The notes below the pieces were generated by a model. The model did no database searches and had not been told where the DNA came from. It saw only the letters and a list, made by a program, of their open reading frames with translations. 45,609 bases of DNA from Candidatus Pacearchaeota archaeon (GTDB lineage Archaea; Nanobdellota; Nanobdellia; Pacearchaeales; GW2011-AR1), in contig JBBDJR010000004.1 of NCBI GenBank assembly GCA_040879785.1, forward strand, positions 80,778 to 126,386, read 5' to 3'. Numbering within the stretch: the stretch's first letter is position 1; the number at the start of each line of letters is the position of its first letter. Positions 8,821-19,223 of the stretch are shown piece by piece. Both the position numbers and the translations under genes were made by a program.

Positions 8821-10614
8821 TTAAATCTTTCCAAGTTTTTTGGCAAGAGATTCTGTTTCGTCAATCAGGCTTTCAACTTCTTTCAATCCTTTTTCCCAGA
8901 AATCTTTTTTGCTTATGTCAATACCTATTTTATTAAAAATATTTTTTGGAGAATCAGATGTTCCTGCATAAAGGAACTCCTTTACCCTTTCAACGTAATT
9001 TTTATCTTTCTTCACTAAAGACTGCAAGGATTTTGATATGAGAAGCCCTGAAGAATAAGAATAATTGTAAAAGTATTCTCTTATGTGAGGCCAGTAAACC
9101 CACCCTCTATCCATGTCATCACCTCTTTCAAAACTATCTCCCAGGTACTCTTTCATCTTTTCACTAAATAATTCTCCTATCTCATTTTTAGAAAGATACC
9201 CCTTTTCCCTGAATTTCTCATGAAGCACTTGTTCAAATTTGTAACATGCAATTTGTCTAAATATTGTTGAGATGTCTTCCTGAAGTTTCTGCATCATAAT
9301 AATCAGCCTATCTTCTTCATTGGCCGTTTTTAACAATTCATCTAAAACAAAATCTTCCATGAACGTGCTTGCAACTTCTGCAGTTGATTTTGGAGTCCCT
9401 ATGTTTAAGGCGTTGTTTTTTTCTTTCATAAGGCTCATATGGATTGCATGACCAATCTCATGCGCGAAAGTAGTCACATCCCTGATTCTTCCAGTGTAAT
9501 TGAGTAAAACAAATATAGGATTCTTTTTTAATGATGAGATGCAACACGCACCATCTCTTTTACCTTTTTTGGGAAGTGCATTTATCAAGCCTTCTTCCAA
9601 GAACTTATTCAATACTTCTCCGAATTTTTCATCCAATCTGGAAAAAACTTCTCTTATCAAATCCACAGAACTTTCATAGTCGAGGTTCTTTGAGATTTTT
9701 CCGAAATCAATACTTCTTTCTGAATAAGTAAATTTTTCCACGCCCATTAGTTTTGCTTTCAAAGAGTAAAATCTTTGGGAGATTCTAAAGTTATCTGAAA
9801 CGGAGTCAATCAGTGAGTCAACTATCTCTGTTTCAATGTCATCCTCAATATGTCTTGATTCATCAGGCCTCTTATAGTCTCTTAACTCATCATCCACTTT
9901 TTTATTTTCTAAAATAGCATTTAACTCATTTTCAGCTACGTCTTCATATCTCTTAATAATACTATTGAACGCTTTTGAAGCTTTTTCTCTTATCTCTTTT
10001 TGGGAATTATCCATTAAACTTCTTATTTCTGAATAACTCCTTTTTTCTCCCGTTTTTTCATCAAGAACAGCCTCTTCCTTAGACAAGAATCCCGAAAGCA
10101 TATCAACCCAAAACGAATAAGAAGAAGATGATTTTAGTGACATTATTTTTTCTTCTTTTTCTGTGAGAATATGTTTACCCTTAATAAATAATGATTCAAG
10201 GAGATGTTTATAATCTTTAAGAATACCTGATTTTAGAAATTCTTCTTGTTTATCCCTTGGAATTTTAGAAAGATTAATCTCGAAGAAATTTAATTTGTTG
10301 TTGATTTCTTTTCTGAAAGAGTCTGATTTATTTAACTTTGCTCTAATTTCAGGATTATTTTCATCAAGTTGTGTTTTCAAATAGAAATAATAATATTCGT
10401 CTCCTCCTTCAAGATAGTTCGCAGCCAGGTTTTCGTATTCATCAAGCGCTTCTTTCAGGGAAGACTCTTTTTCAAGATAACTTATATCTTTTCTCCATTT
10501 ATCTATGAAATCCTGGGTTTTCTCTCTAATTTTTTCTCTCTTCTCTTCAAAACTCCCTTCTTCAAGATAACTCAAGTCCCATTCTGTTTTCATCTCACTC
10601 AAAAGAGAGCTCAC
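8821..10614 (-). CDS. pepF: M3 family oligoendopeptidase F
   Basis: EWDLS N-terminus, HEIGH zinc motif, AEVASTFME, PHIREYFYNYSY. The true start may be the downstream ATG (MKTEWDL). Confidence 0.92.
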   Translation of the reverse strand: MSSLLSEMKTEWDLSYLEEGSFEEKREKIREKTQDFIDKWRKDISYLEKESSLKEALDEYENLAANYLEGGDEYYYFYLKTQLDENNPEIRAKLNKSDSFRKEINNKLNFFEINLSKIPRDKQEEFLKSGILKDYKHLLESLFIKGKHILTEKEEKIMSLKSSSSYSFWVDMLSGFLSKEEAVLDEKTGEKRSYSEIRSLMDNSQKEIREKASKAFNSIIKRYEDVAENELNAILENKKVDDELRDYKRPDESRHIEDDIETEIVDSLIDSVSDNFRISQRFYSLKAKLMGVEKFTYSERSIDFGKISKNLDYESSVDLIREVFSRLDEKFGEVLNKFLEEGLINALPKKGKRDGACCISSLKKNPIFVLLNYTGRIRDVTTFAHEIGHAIHMSLMKEKNNALNIGTPKSTAEVASTFMEDFVLDELLKTANEEDRLIIMMQKLQEDISTIFRQIACYKFEQVLHEKFREKGYLSKNEIGELFSEKMKEYLGDSFERGDDMDRGWVYWPHIREYFYNYSYSSGLLISKSLQSLVKKDKNYVERVKEFLYAGTSDSPKNIFNKIGIDISKKDFWEKGLKEVESLIDETESLAKKLGKI

Positions 10615-10775
10615 TTTAAATTAATTTCCCTACTTTACCAAAAGAAGCCTCTCCGAAAACTTTATAAAATAAGATTCTATTTAGTTTTTATAGGGTTGAT
10701 TCTAGGAAATACGCCGAAGCGTATCTCATTAGACAAATTATGTGAGGTTCTATAATTTAAGATATAAAAACAAAA

Positions 10776-11456
10776 ATGGAGCAAGAATTAAAAGATTCGG
10801 TTTTGAAGACAGGAACAACAATTCTAGGGATAGTCTGTAAAGACGGAGTTGTAATGGCTGCGGATCGGCAATCTACTCTCGGAGGGAGTATAGTGGTTAA
10901 TAAAAGATCTCAAAAAGTAAGGCAGATTAACGACTATGTTGTAATTTCTGGAACAGGATCTGTCTCAGATATACAAAGGACTGAGAAGATTCTTCCTGCA
11001 GAACTAAAACTTAAAGAATTGAGGTCAAAATCCCGACCTGCAATAAAACAAGTTGCTAGTTTGCTAGCATCTTATCTATATTCAAATATAAGGCAACCTT
11101 CAATGGTTCCAGCTATGGCCGGATTTTTGGTTTCAGGATTTGACGAAGATGGTTCTTCCCACCTATATTCCGCATTTCCTGATGGAAGCATAATAGAAGT
11201 CGAAGATTACGAAGCTAACTTAGGCTCAGGAATGCCCTACGTCCTCGGACTCCTGGAAAGACAATACAAAAAAGACATCTCTATAAAAGAAGGTGTTGAA
11301 TTAGCTAAAGAAGCATTAAAATCTTCAACGCAGAGAGATACCGGCTCGGGATACGGAATTGACGTTTACACAATCACAAAAGACGGAATTAAGAAAGTGG
11401 TTGAGCAGACTATAGAGCCCAATTATAAAGACGACCAAAAAGCTGAGAAAAAATAA
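10776..11456 (+). CDS. psmB: Proteasome beta subunit
   Basis: Propeptide ending LKTG followed by TTILG (catalytic Thr1); AADRQ, GSG and QRDTGSG motifs. Confidence 0.96.
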   Translation: MEQELKDSVLKTGTTILGIVCKDGVVMAADRQSTLGGSIVVNKRSQKVRQINDYVVISGTGSVSDIQRTEKILPAELKLKELRSKSRPAIKQVASLLASYLYSNIRQPSMVPAMAGFLVSGFDEDGSSHLYSAFPDGSIIEVEDYEANLGSGMPYVLGLLERQYKKDISIKEGVELAKEALKSSTQRDTGSGYGIDVYTITKDGIKKVVEQTIEPNYKDDQKAEKK

Positions 11457-11521
11457 CTACATAAAAAGGTGATACTGAAAACTTATTAATCTAAATCAGA
11501 GAATTATAAAATTATATTAAA

Positions 11522-13408
11522 ATGACAGACATTCTAAAACACGTAACTGAAAAGCTGGGAGGGAACATTACTGAGGCAAATTTTGAGGGTGCGAACATAG
11601 TTCTTTACACAGATAACGAGAAGTTTTTCAAGGAAGGAGAATCAAGAATCAAGGAAATCGTGGACGAACTGAAAAAAAGAATTGAACTTCGTGCAGACCC
11701 AAAAATACTCCCTAATGATGAAAAGGTTAAGAAAGATCTTGAAAGTATAATTCCCAAAGAGGCAGGGGTAGAAAAGATAATTTTTGATAACCAAAGAAGT
11801 ATAGTTGTTATAGAAGCAAAGAAACCAGGAATGGTCATTGGAAAACAAGGGTCAATTCTGGATCACATTAAAAAAGAAACTCTTTGGACTCCACAAGTTC
11901 AGAGAAGCCCCGCAATTAAAAGTAAGATAACCGACAACTTAAGGGAAGTCCTTTATGCAAACAACAACCACAGAAGAAAGTTCCTTAACGATGTTGGAAA
12001 AAAGATTTACAAAGAATGGAATCCTGATAAGGTTGAGGAATGGGTCAGGCTGACTTTTCTTGGAGGAGGAAGACAGGTCGGAAGAAGCTGTTTGCTTTTG
12101 CAGACTCCAAACTCAAAAATTCTTATTGATTGTGGAATCGACGTCGCTTCAAAAGGGAAAGACAAGTATCCTTATTTTGACGTCCCTGAATTTGATATAA
12201 GAAATCTTGATGCGGTTGTTTTAAGCCACGCGCACATGGACCACGTCGGGCTGATTCCGTACTTATTCAAAATGGGGTATAAGGGCCCAGTATATATGAC
12301 TCCTCCTTCCATGGACTTGGCAGCTTTGACCTCTCTTGATTTTATTGGAGTATCTTACAAACAAGCCTCAAAACCACTCTTCAGCTCAAAAGACATAAAA
12401 GAAATGGTGAAGCATACAATCTGCCTGAACTTTAATGAAGTCACAGACATAGCTCCTGATGTGAGAATAACGATGTACAATGCAGGGCACGTTCTCGGAA
12501 GCGCGATGGTCCATTTTAATATCGGAAACGGCCTTCATAACTTTCTTTATACTGCAGACTATAAATATTCAAGAACAAGACTTTTAGATTCTGCCATCAC
12601 AAATTTCCCCAGAGTCGAATCGATACTTACAGAATCCACTTACGGATCAAAACACGATGTTCTCCCTCCTCTAAAAGAATCTGAAGACAGATTCCTTGAG
12701 ATAGTAAAAGAAACAATAGCAAAAAAAGGAAAGGTTTTAATTCCAGAATTAGGTCTCGGCCACGCACAGGAAACCGTGATTAGAGTTGAGGAAGCAGTAA
12801 GGCAAGGAAAACTCCCAAATATCCCAATTTATATTCAGGGACTGGTTTGGGACATAAATGCAATTCATACTGCCTACCCTGATTTTTTAAGCAATAATGT
12901 CCGTTTAAAGATTTTCCAGGATAATAACCCTTTCGTTTCAGACATCTTCAAAAGGATAGGTTCGCGTGCAGAGATGCAAGAAGTTATCGAAGGAGGACCA
13001 TGTATGGTAATCGCAACATCAGGAATGCTTACGGGGGGAGCAAGTGTAGAATACTTTAAGAATTTTGCAGGAAATCCCAACAATACCATGATAATCAGTT
13101 GTTACCAAGGGGTCGGCTCTCTTGGAAGACAAGTTCAGGAAGGAGCCAAAGAAGTTATGGTTGAAGATGAAGACGGAACCAGAAAAATAGATGTTAAAAT
13201 GAGGATTGAAACTTTAAGTGGTTTTAGCGCCCACGCCGGAAGAAACGAAATTATGAGCTTCTTTAATAACATGAGGCCTAAACCAAAAAGAATTATGATA
13301 AATCACGGAGAGGTTTCAAAATCTCTTGACCTTGCATCTTCTTTATATAAAACAAACCGCGTTGAAACCTCCGTCCCAAGGATTCTCGAGACTGTTAGGT
13401 TGAGGTAA
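11522..13408 (+). CDS. beta-CASP ribonuclease aCPSF1 (FttA) with N-terminal KH domains
   Basis: KPGMVIGKQG KH motif, VGRSC, HAHMDH, AGHVLGSA, TESTYG, FSAHAG; conserved adjacency to psmB. Confidence 0.95.
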   Translation: MTDILKHVTEKLGGNITEANFEGANIVLYTDNEKFFKEGESRIKEIVDELKKRIELRADPKILPNDEKVKKDLESIIPKEAGVEKIIFDNQRSIVVIEAKKPGMVIGKQGSILDHIKKETLWTPQVQRSPAIKSKITDNLREVLYANNNHRRKFLNDVGKKIYKEWNPDKVEEWVRLTFLGGGRQVGRSCLLLQTPNSKILIDCGIDVASKGKDKYPYFDVPEFDIRNLDAVVLSHAHMDHVGLIPYLFKMGYKGPVYMTPPSMDLAALTSLDFIGVSYKQASKPLFSSKDIKEMVKHTICLNFNEVTDIAPDVRITMYNAGHVLGSAMVHFNIGNGLHNFLYTADYKYSRTRLLDSAITNFPRVESILTESTYGSKHDVLPPLKESEDRFLEIVKETIAKKGKVLIPELGLGHAQETVIRVEEAVRQGKLPNIPIYIQGLVWDINAIHTAYPDFLSNNVRLKIFQDNNPFVSDIFKRIGSRAEMQEVIEGGPCMVIATSGMLTGGASVEYFKNFAGNPNNTMIISCYQGVGSLGRQVQEGAKEVMVEDEDGTRKIDVKMRIETLSGFSAHAGRNEIMSFFNNMRPKPKRIMINHGEVSKSLDLASSLYKTNRVETSVPRILETVRLR

Positions 13409-13570
13409 AGGAATTTTTGTGGACACTAAAACTTAAAAACTATTCTCACATATAAAATTATGAGGTTTTTATTAATGATACTGGAGAATTTCAGATTGAT
13501 ATCTGATTTTGTAAAGAGTCATTTAAACTTCTAATTTAAAAGAGGTCTGACGAATAACCAAAGAGATTAA

Positions 13571-14512
13571 ATGAAACACAATATAAAAATAACAATTGTT
13601 CTTATTGCAATGTTTATTATAACCCAGTTTATAGGGTTGTATGTTGTGGGACATTATCTCGGGGCGGAAAACGCACTGCCTTTTAATTTAGATCAGCCCA
13701 CTCCGGAAACAGACTCTGACTATTACGGATTCTTCTCAACGATAATCATAGCATTCGTAATTGCAATTGCATTGTTTTTTCTTTTAACGAAATTCAAAAT
13801 AAGTTTTGTTTTAAGAGCATGGTTTTTTATTGTAGTCGCCATCGCACTCTCGATATCTCTCATTAGCATATTTTCTCCTTTTGTCCAATACGCTTTCCTT
13901 ATCTCTCTAATAATTTCATTCTCTCTTGCTTTCATAAAAATCTACGGGCGAAACTTTTTCATCCATAATTTCACAGAGCTCTTAATCTATCCCGGAATTG
14001 CAGCAATCTTCGTTCCGATACTTAATGTTTATACTGTTCTGGCATTACTATTAATCATCTCCGTTTATGATGCATGGGCAGTCTGGCACTCAGGAGTAAT
14101 GCAAAAAATGGCAAAGTACCAGATAGATAACTTGAAGATTTTTGCGGGATTCTTTGTTCCTTACGCGTCAAAAAACATGAAGTCAAAAATAAAGAAATGG
14201 AAGAAGACTCTTTCAAAGTCCGAACTTAAAAAGAAAAAGATAAAAGTTAGTGTTGCAATTCTCGGCGGAGGAGATGTCGTTTTCCCAATCATAACTGCAG
14301 GTGTTGTGATGAATACAGTTTCAATCGCAATGCCGTTTGGTCTCAAGGAATTTATCGGAGGATTCTGGCCTGCAGTGTTTGTGATTGCAGGAGCCACTCT
14401 CGGACTTGTGTATTTATTCTTCTTCTCAGAAAAAAGGAAATTCTATCCTGCGATGCCTTTCATAACTGCAGGAATTCTGTTAGGAATGTTAGCTAGTTAT
14501 TTGGTCTTTTGA
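13571..14512 (+). CDS. Presenilin/signal-peptide-peptidase family intramembrane aspartyl protease
   Basis: Multiple TM helices with catalytic YD (SVYDAWAVW), GxGD (LGGGD) and PAL-like (YPAMP) motifs. Confidence 0.9.
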   Translation: MKHNIKITIVLIAMFIITQFIGLYVVGHYLGAENALPFNLDQPTPETDSDYYGFFSTIIIAFVIAIALFFLLTKFKISFVLRAWFFIVVAIALSISLISIFSPFVQYAFLISLIISFSLAFIKIYGRNFFIHNFTELLIYPGIAAIFVPILNVYTVLALLLIISVYDAWAVWHSGVMQKMAKYQIDNLKIFAGFFVPYASKNMKSKIKKWKKTLSKSELKKKKIKVSVAILGGGDVVFPIITAGVVMNTVSIAMPFGLKEFIGGFWPAVFVIAGATLGLVYLFFFSEKRKFYPAMPFITAGILLGMLASYLVF

Positions 14513-14873
14513 GGTTGATATTTAGTTCTCTCAATTCTCTCAATTTTCTTTCTCTTTCAAGATTCTCTATCTTTAGATCCTCTCCATATTTAACAATCCT
14601 TCCTAAGTGATTCTCTTCTGATGATTCTCTCATCATATTAAATTGATTTATATCTGCTTCAAAATCCTTTTCTAATTCGGTAAAATAAGAACTTCCATCA
14701 GAATTGTATTCTCTCCAGATGACATTAGATAATCTAACTTTTCCTCCAGGCCTATCGTAACTCTCTATTATTCCCGAGATGGTTGAATCTCTCCTCATAA
14801 GATCTACATACTTTCCTTCATTCCTTTCATAAAAGTCTTTTTCTCTTTGGCTCATTCCATAATCATTATCCAT
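14493..14873 (-). CDS. Hypothetical protein, possibly Sm/LSm-like fold
   Basis: 126-aa ORF; GKYVDL..DSTISGIIESYD...VRLSNV loosely resembles an Sm1 motif. Confidence 0.55.
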   Translation of the reverse strand: MDNDYGMSQREKDFYERNEGKYVDLMRRDSTISGIIESYDRPGGKVRLSNVIWREYNSDGSSYFTELEKDFEADINQFNMMRESSEENHLGRIVKYGEDLKIENLERERKLRELRELNINLKRPNN

Positions 14874-14976
14874 GATATACCTTCGTTAAACCAATTTAAA
14901 AACCTTTCCATAATGTTCTTACTTTAGAAAAGTAACATATAGTAAGATTTATAAATGGAGAGTTTGTAGGATTTGT

Positions 14977-15327
14977 ATGGAAAGCAAACAATTATACGAC
15001 CTTGGAGAAGAGAACTATAATTTGACAATTCCCAGCTCTTCTGAGAAAAAAGCAAATCAAATAGGAGACGGTCTCGGAGAGATCTTAAAGAGAAAAGGAT
15101 TTGAACATCTTATGGTTAAAGATAGAGAGAAATCTACCTCTGAAACCTATACAAAAGATAATATCTCTGCCGGGATTCGTGTAAAGGGTAAAAGTAGAAA
15201 TCATAAGGATTATAAAACAATTGTAAGTCTCAGCTCTGAAAATTTGTGGAACAATCCTGAATTTCAAGGACTGGTAGGAACGATAGATAATTATAGAATA
15301 AATATGGGAACGGAGGCTGTAAATTAA
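14977..15327 (+). CDS. Hypothetical protein
   Basis: 116-aa ATG ORF preceded by a TTTATAAA box; the next ORF starts 1 bp after its stop. Confidence 0.65.
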   Translation: MESKQLYDLGEENYNLTIPSSSEKKANQIGDGLGEILKRKGFEHLMVKDREKSTSETYTKDNISAGIRVKGKSRNHKDYKTIVSLSSENLWNNPEFQGLVGTIDNYRINMGTEAVN

Positions 15328-15328
15328 A

Positions 15329-15706
15329 ATGAATCTAAAAAATAAAATGGTAAGCACTGCGACAGGAATAGGATTGTTAGCTATGTCTGCATGTGCATCT
15401 GTTCAGGACAGATCTGACAACGAATCTATTGGCCATACAATTGAGGGAGGTTGTGTGCCTGGGGCTATTGTTCGAATTTCATATGATGATGAGATGTCAT
15501 GGAGAACGATTGTCGTCAAATCTAATTACGATGAACATTACGTTAGTGCAAAAGATTACCCTGCGAACAAAAATGGAAAATTTGATGAAGTGACAACAAG
15601 TGATTTTGAGATGAATCACCCACTAGAAAAATACAATAATTCTCCTACATTAGAGGATATTTATAATAAAATTAAATCAGGAGATGAAAGTGTAAAATGC
15701 TCGTGA
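15329..15706 (+). CDS. Hypothetical secreted or lipoprotein-like protein
   Basis: Basic N-terminus, hydrophobic stretch and lipobox-like MSAC; overlaps the start of the TrmB gene. Confidence 0.6.
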   Translation: MNLKNKMVSTATGIGLLAMSACASVQDRSDNESIGHTIEGGCVPGAIVRISYDDEMSWRTIVVKSNYDEHYVSAKDYPANKNGKFDEVTTSDFEMNHPLEKYNNSPTLEDIYNKIKSGDESVKCS

Positions 15707-16485
15707 AACAGGAAATTGTAAATAAAATAAGAGATTATTTTGAACTTAATTCTTACGAGACGAAGGTCTGGCTGGCGTTGCTTGGAAAAGGTGTTGCATC
15801 GGCGGGACAAATAGCAGAGATTTCTCGCGTGCCTCGTTCAAGGACCTATGATGTTCTGGAAACTCTCGAGAAAAAAGGATTCGCTATTGTCAAACTCGGA
15901 AAGCCCATAAAATACATTGGTGTAAAACCTCACATGGTTCTCGAAAAAATGAAGAATAATGCAAAGAAAGAAGCGGAAGAAAAAATACTCACGCTTACAA
16001 ACCTTAGAAACACTGACGAATTCACAAAAATTGAAGAACTCTATAAAGAAGGGCTAAATCCTGAGAAAAGAGAAGATCTTTCTGTAGCTCTTAGAGGGAA
16101 ATCCAACATATCCAACTATATGAGAGACATCCTTCATAACGCTTCGGAAGAGGTAATAATTTGCACAAATGCCGAGGATGTAAACTCAAAAATGAAACTT
16201 TTCAAACAAACTCTCGAGATACTTGATAAAAGAGGGATAAAGGCAAAGATTGCTCTTTCAGGAAACAAAGAGCTTGTAAAGAAGATATCAGACGACCTTG
16301 AAATCAAAATTAAGAAAATAGATATTGATGCTAAGTTTTTCATAATTGACAGGAAAGAGATTTTGTTTTACATTTCTAAGGAAAGAGACAACGATAAGGA
16401 CGACACTGCTATTTGGATAAATTCAGAGTTCTTCGCCCAGGCCTTCGCAACGCTCTTTGACAAAGCTGTTGGAGGTAAAAATTAA
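15697..16485 (+). CDS. TrmB family transcriptional regulator
   Basis: LNSYETKVWLALL...SRVPRSRTYDVLETLEKKGF winged HTH plus a C-terminal effector domain (FFIIDRKEIL). Confidence 0.92.
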   Translation: MLVKQEIVNKIRDYFELNSYETKVWLALLGKGVASAGQIAEISRVPRSRTYDVLETLEKKGFAIVKLGKPIKYIGVKPHMVLEKMKNNAKKEAEEKILTLTNLRNTDEFTKIEELYKEGLNPEKREDLSVALRGKSNISNYMRDILHNASEEVIICTNAEDVNSKMKLFKQTLEILDKRGIKAKIALSGNKELVKKISDDLEIKIKKIDIDAKFFIIDRKEILFYISKERDNDKDDTAIWINSEFFAQAFATLFDKAVGGKN

Positions 16486-16590
16486 TATGAATAAGTTACA
16501 GAATATTGGCAAGCCAATTTTTAACATTAAATATACAAAACATAATTAAACAAAAAAACAATTAAAAACACTCGCGAGGATAAATAAACC

Positions 16591-16932
16591 ATGGAATACA
16601 AAACAATAACAGAAAATCTGTCTGAAGGAATAATGATTGTTCCCGCGTTAGTTATGTCATCAATAGTTATGTCCAGAATAGCAAGGGAGAATAGGTACAA
16701 AGAGACGGAAAGATTCTTGTCAGAGTTTAGTATTGATGAATTGGAACAAGTAACTTCAAACAGAGAAGATGCGGGTCTGACATCAAAAATCTTAAGGTCT
16801 TTTTCCAGAGAAGAACTGGATGCTGGAACAGTTGAAGATTATATCCCGACCGGTTTAGAATATAATACTGCAAAAGGCATCTTAGATACAAGGTATTTTT
16901 GCAAACGTGTTGAGGACATTACCAGCAACTGA
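16591..16932 (+). CDS. Hypothetical membrane-anchored protein
   Basis: 113-aa ORF with an N-terminal hydrophobic segment. Confidence 0.55.
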   Translation: MEYKTITENLSEGIMIVPALVMSSIVMSRIARENRYKETERFLSEFSIDELEQVTSNREDAGLTSKILRSFSREELDAGTVEDYIPTGLEYNTAKGILDTRYFCKRVEDITSN

Positions 16933-16987
16933 TTTAGGATTAATTATAGATTAGATTAAACGACCCTGATGATAAATTTAGGATAAT

Positions 16988-17431
16988 ATGAAAGCAAAAA
17001 TAAAGGAATTTAAGGAAGTTGAAAAAGAAATTGAAGTTGGTAAAAAGGGCGACCCGATATTATTGAGGCCTTCAAGAAAACTTAAGAGAAGAGATCACCA
17101 TATTTTTGGGATTTTGGAGGGAATTGTTGATGATTATTTTATTGGAGGAATGGGTGGAGGGAAACATGTTCCTGCCATAAAGTTTTCTGGAAATTCTTAT
17201 AAACTTTCCTTTAGTGATGTCATAGGTGTCGAAATACCAGAACTTAAAAAAAGAATGTCAAGTGGATGGCCACTCAGACATTACCAGATAAACCAGACAG
17301 AAGAAATAATTTCAGGATTTGACAAAATAATAAAATATTTAGATAATTATGAAGACACCAGATTCAAAGGTCACGCGGATTTGATAAGAAAAGTCAAAGA
17401 TAATTATAATACTTCTGGTAACGCCAAATAG
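16988..17431 (+). CDS. Hypothetical protein
   Basis: 147-aa ATG ORF, convergent with cca; no recognised motif. Confidence 0.6.
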   Translation: MKAKIKEFKEVEKEIEVGKKGDPILLRPSRKLKRRDHHIFGILEGIVDDYFIGGMGGGKHVPAIKFSGNSYKLSFSDVIGVEIPELKKRMSSGWPLRHYQINQTEEIISGFDKIIKYLDNYEDTRFKGHADLIRKVKDNYNTSGNAK

Positions 17432-17433
17432 GT

Positions 17434-18720
17434 TCAGACAATCCTGAGGTAAGTTATATTCATTTCTTTAAGTTTCTTTAAGTTTCTTAACTTCCAATTC
17501 TTGAAGAATTCTTCTCCTGAAAAGTCAAATCTCTTTTTTGAATATAACCTGCCCTCTTTAGTAAATGTGGATTTATGTTTTCTTTTAAATTTCTTAACGT
17601 GTTTCTCCTGACTTTTCAACGGGCCTTTTGCAATGACTTCCTTTTTCCTTTTAACAACAAAAAAGAACTTTGCGCTTTTTCCTTTTTCATATTCAAATCC
17701 ATTACTCTTCACATCAAAATACTCTCCAATCTCTTCCCTAAGATGCTCATAAAACTTCTTTAATTTACTTCCTGCGATATCTCCTTCTTGTTTATTAGTT
17801 TTAGCCTCAATTAAAATAAATTCATTGCCTCTTCTTTCTGCGTTTTTCTTAATCTTTTCTATATCAACACTTTTTTTCTCAAATGCACTTATCCTTGGAT
17901 TCTTCAAGAAATTCTTGCAGGCTTTTTGAAACTTTCCGAATGTCTCTTTGGAAAGCGCGGCCAAAACATTCCGAGTTTTATATGTAGGGTCAACAAGAAT
18001 TACCGGCGACTGCAGTTTTGATTCATTTAAATCCAGAAGAACGTTCCTTTTGTTTTTATGGTGTTTTTCTATATCAATAACTAATTTTTCTTCCTTGACT
18101 TTTACCATTGCCTTCATAAATTTTAGAAAACTTTTGTAATTATAAATCAAGAGCTCAAGGCCGTAACCCGAAAAACCGTTTATGTAAGATTCTGCTCCGT
18201 AACAATTATTAGCATAACAAAACGCCTTCGCGAGTTTTATCTCGTTAGGTATTTTTGTTCCTTTAATTCTTTTTTTAATATAAGTGACGTGAGAATAAGA
18301 AAGGTCTGTTATGTTCTCTGCTTCTTTTGGTCTTCTTATTTTCTTAACAGGAATTATCTCAAATACAAGATCGTCTGAGATTTTTATCCTAAAATAATCT
18401 CTTGACCCATGAATTCTTTGAATATGTAGATCTCCTGATTTATTTAGAATTTTCCAAGTTAATTCTGAAAGTTCATTGTTGCTATGTTTTTTCCCGAACC
18501 GGATAAAAATATCAATGTCATAAATATCTTTCTTTACCATAGTCTCTTTCGCAAGGCTACCTCCTACAAAGGCATCCGCATCTAAACCAGATTTTCTAAT
18601 ATTATCTCTTAGTTCTTTAAGAAATCTTCTTGTTAAATCTTCTATTTCTTTTATCCGTCCCCTATCTAATTCTAATTTATTAGAAACCTCTTTCAAAACA
18701 GAATTAATCTTCTTTGCCAT
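17434..18720 (-). CDS. cca: Archaeal class I CCA-adding tRNA nucleotidyltransferase
   Basis: GGSLAKET...YDIDIF, CYGAESYINGFSGYGLELL and LVDPT..RNV motifs. Confidence 0.92.
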   Translation of the reverse strand: MAKKINSVLKEVSNKLELDRGRIKEIEDLTRRFLKELRDNIRKSGLDADAFVGGSLAKETMVKKDIYDIDIFIRFGKKHSNNELSELTWKILNKSGDLHIQRIHGSRDYFRIKISDDLVFEIIPVKKIRRPKEAENITDLSYSHVTYIKKRIKGTKIPNEIKLAKAFCYANNCYGAESYINGFSGYGLELLIYNYKSFLKFMKAMVKVKEEKLVIDIEKHHKNKRNVLLDLNESKLQSPVILVDPTYKTRNVLAALSKETFGKFQKACKNFLKNPRISAFEKKSVDIEKIKKNAERRGNEFILIEAKTNKQEGDIAGSKLKKFYEHLREEIGEYFDVKSNGFEYEKGKSAKFFFVVKRKKEVIAKGPLKSQEKHVKKFKRKHKSTFTKEGRLYSKKRFDFSGEEFFKNWKLRNLKKLKEMNITYLRIV

Positions 18721-18774
18721 GAATACTAAAAAATAATAATGTTTATAAGTTTATTGAGAATCATTATTCTTAAA

Positions 18775-19173
18775 TTATTTTTCTTTGTCGCTTAAACTCT
18801 TCACATTAGCACTCAACGTAGAAGCAAGGTCGACAATATATTTTCCTTCTTCAAGTTTATATATTAACGGCCTGTCTTTGCTAAATAGTTTTATTAAATC
18901 AAGCTCAAATTTTCCTTCCCCTGTAACTCTTATAGATTCAATATCAAGAATTACAGGCGCTTCCTCGTCGGTTATTCCTACAACATCCCTTATATCTTTT
19001 TCAATTTTCTTCTTTTCTTTGTCCGGAATATCAATAGGGTTTTCCTTCACTTTATTTAACTGATCATCTCTTATGTAAAAAAAGAAACGCCCCTTACAGT
19101 CGGCACATCCTTCTAAAAGCTCCCTGCTTCCTGGAGGAATGATTCTCGAACACTTAACACACTGATGAGGCAT
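18775..19173 (-). CDS. oapC: Zn-ribbon protein, OapC/DUF2072 family
   Basis: MPHQCVKC...GCADCKGRFFFY, IESIRV..EGKFELDL; third gene of the oapABC-type trio. Confidence 0.85.
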   Translation of the reverse strand: MPHQCVKCSRIIPPGSRELLEGCADCKGRFFFYIRDDQLNKVKENPIDIPDKEKKKIEKDIRDVVGITDEEAPVILDIESIRVTGEGKFELDLIKLFSKDRPLIYKLEEGKYIVDLASTLSANVKSLSDKEK

Positions 19174-19223
19174 TTATTAGAAAAGAAAGCGAGAATTATA
19201 AAGTTTTGTATTAAATACAAAAA

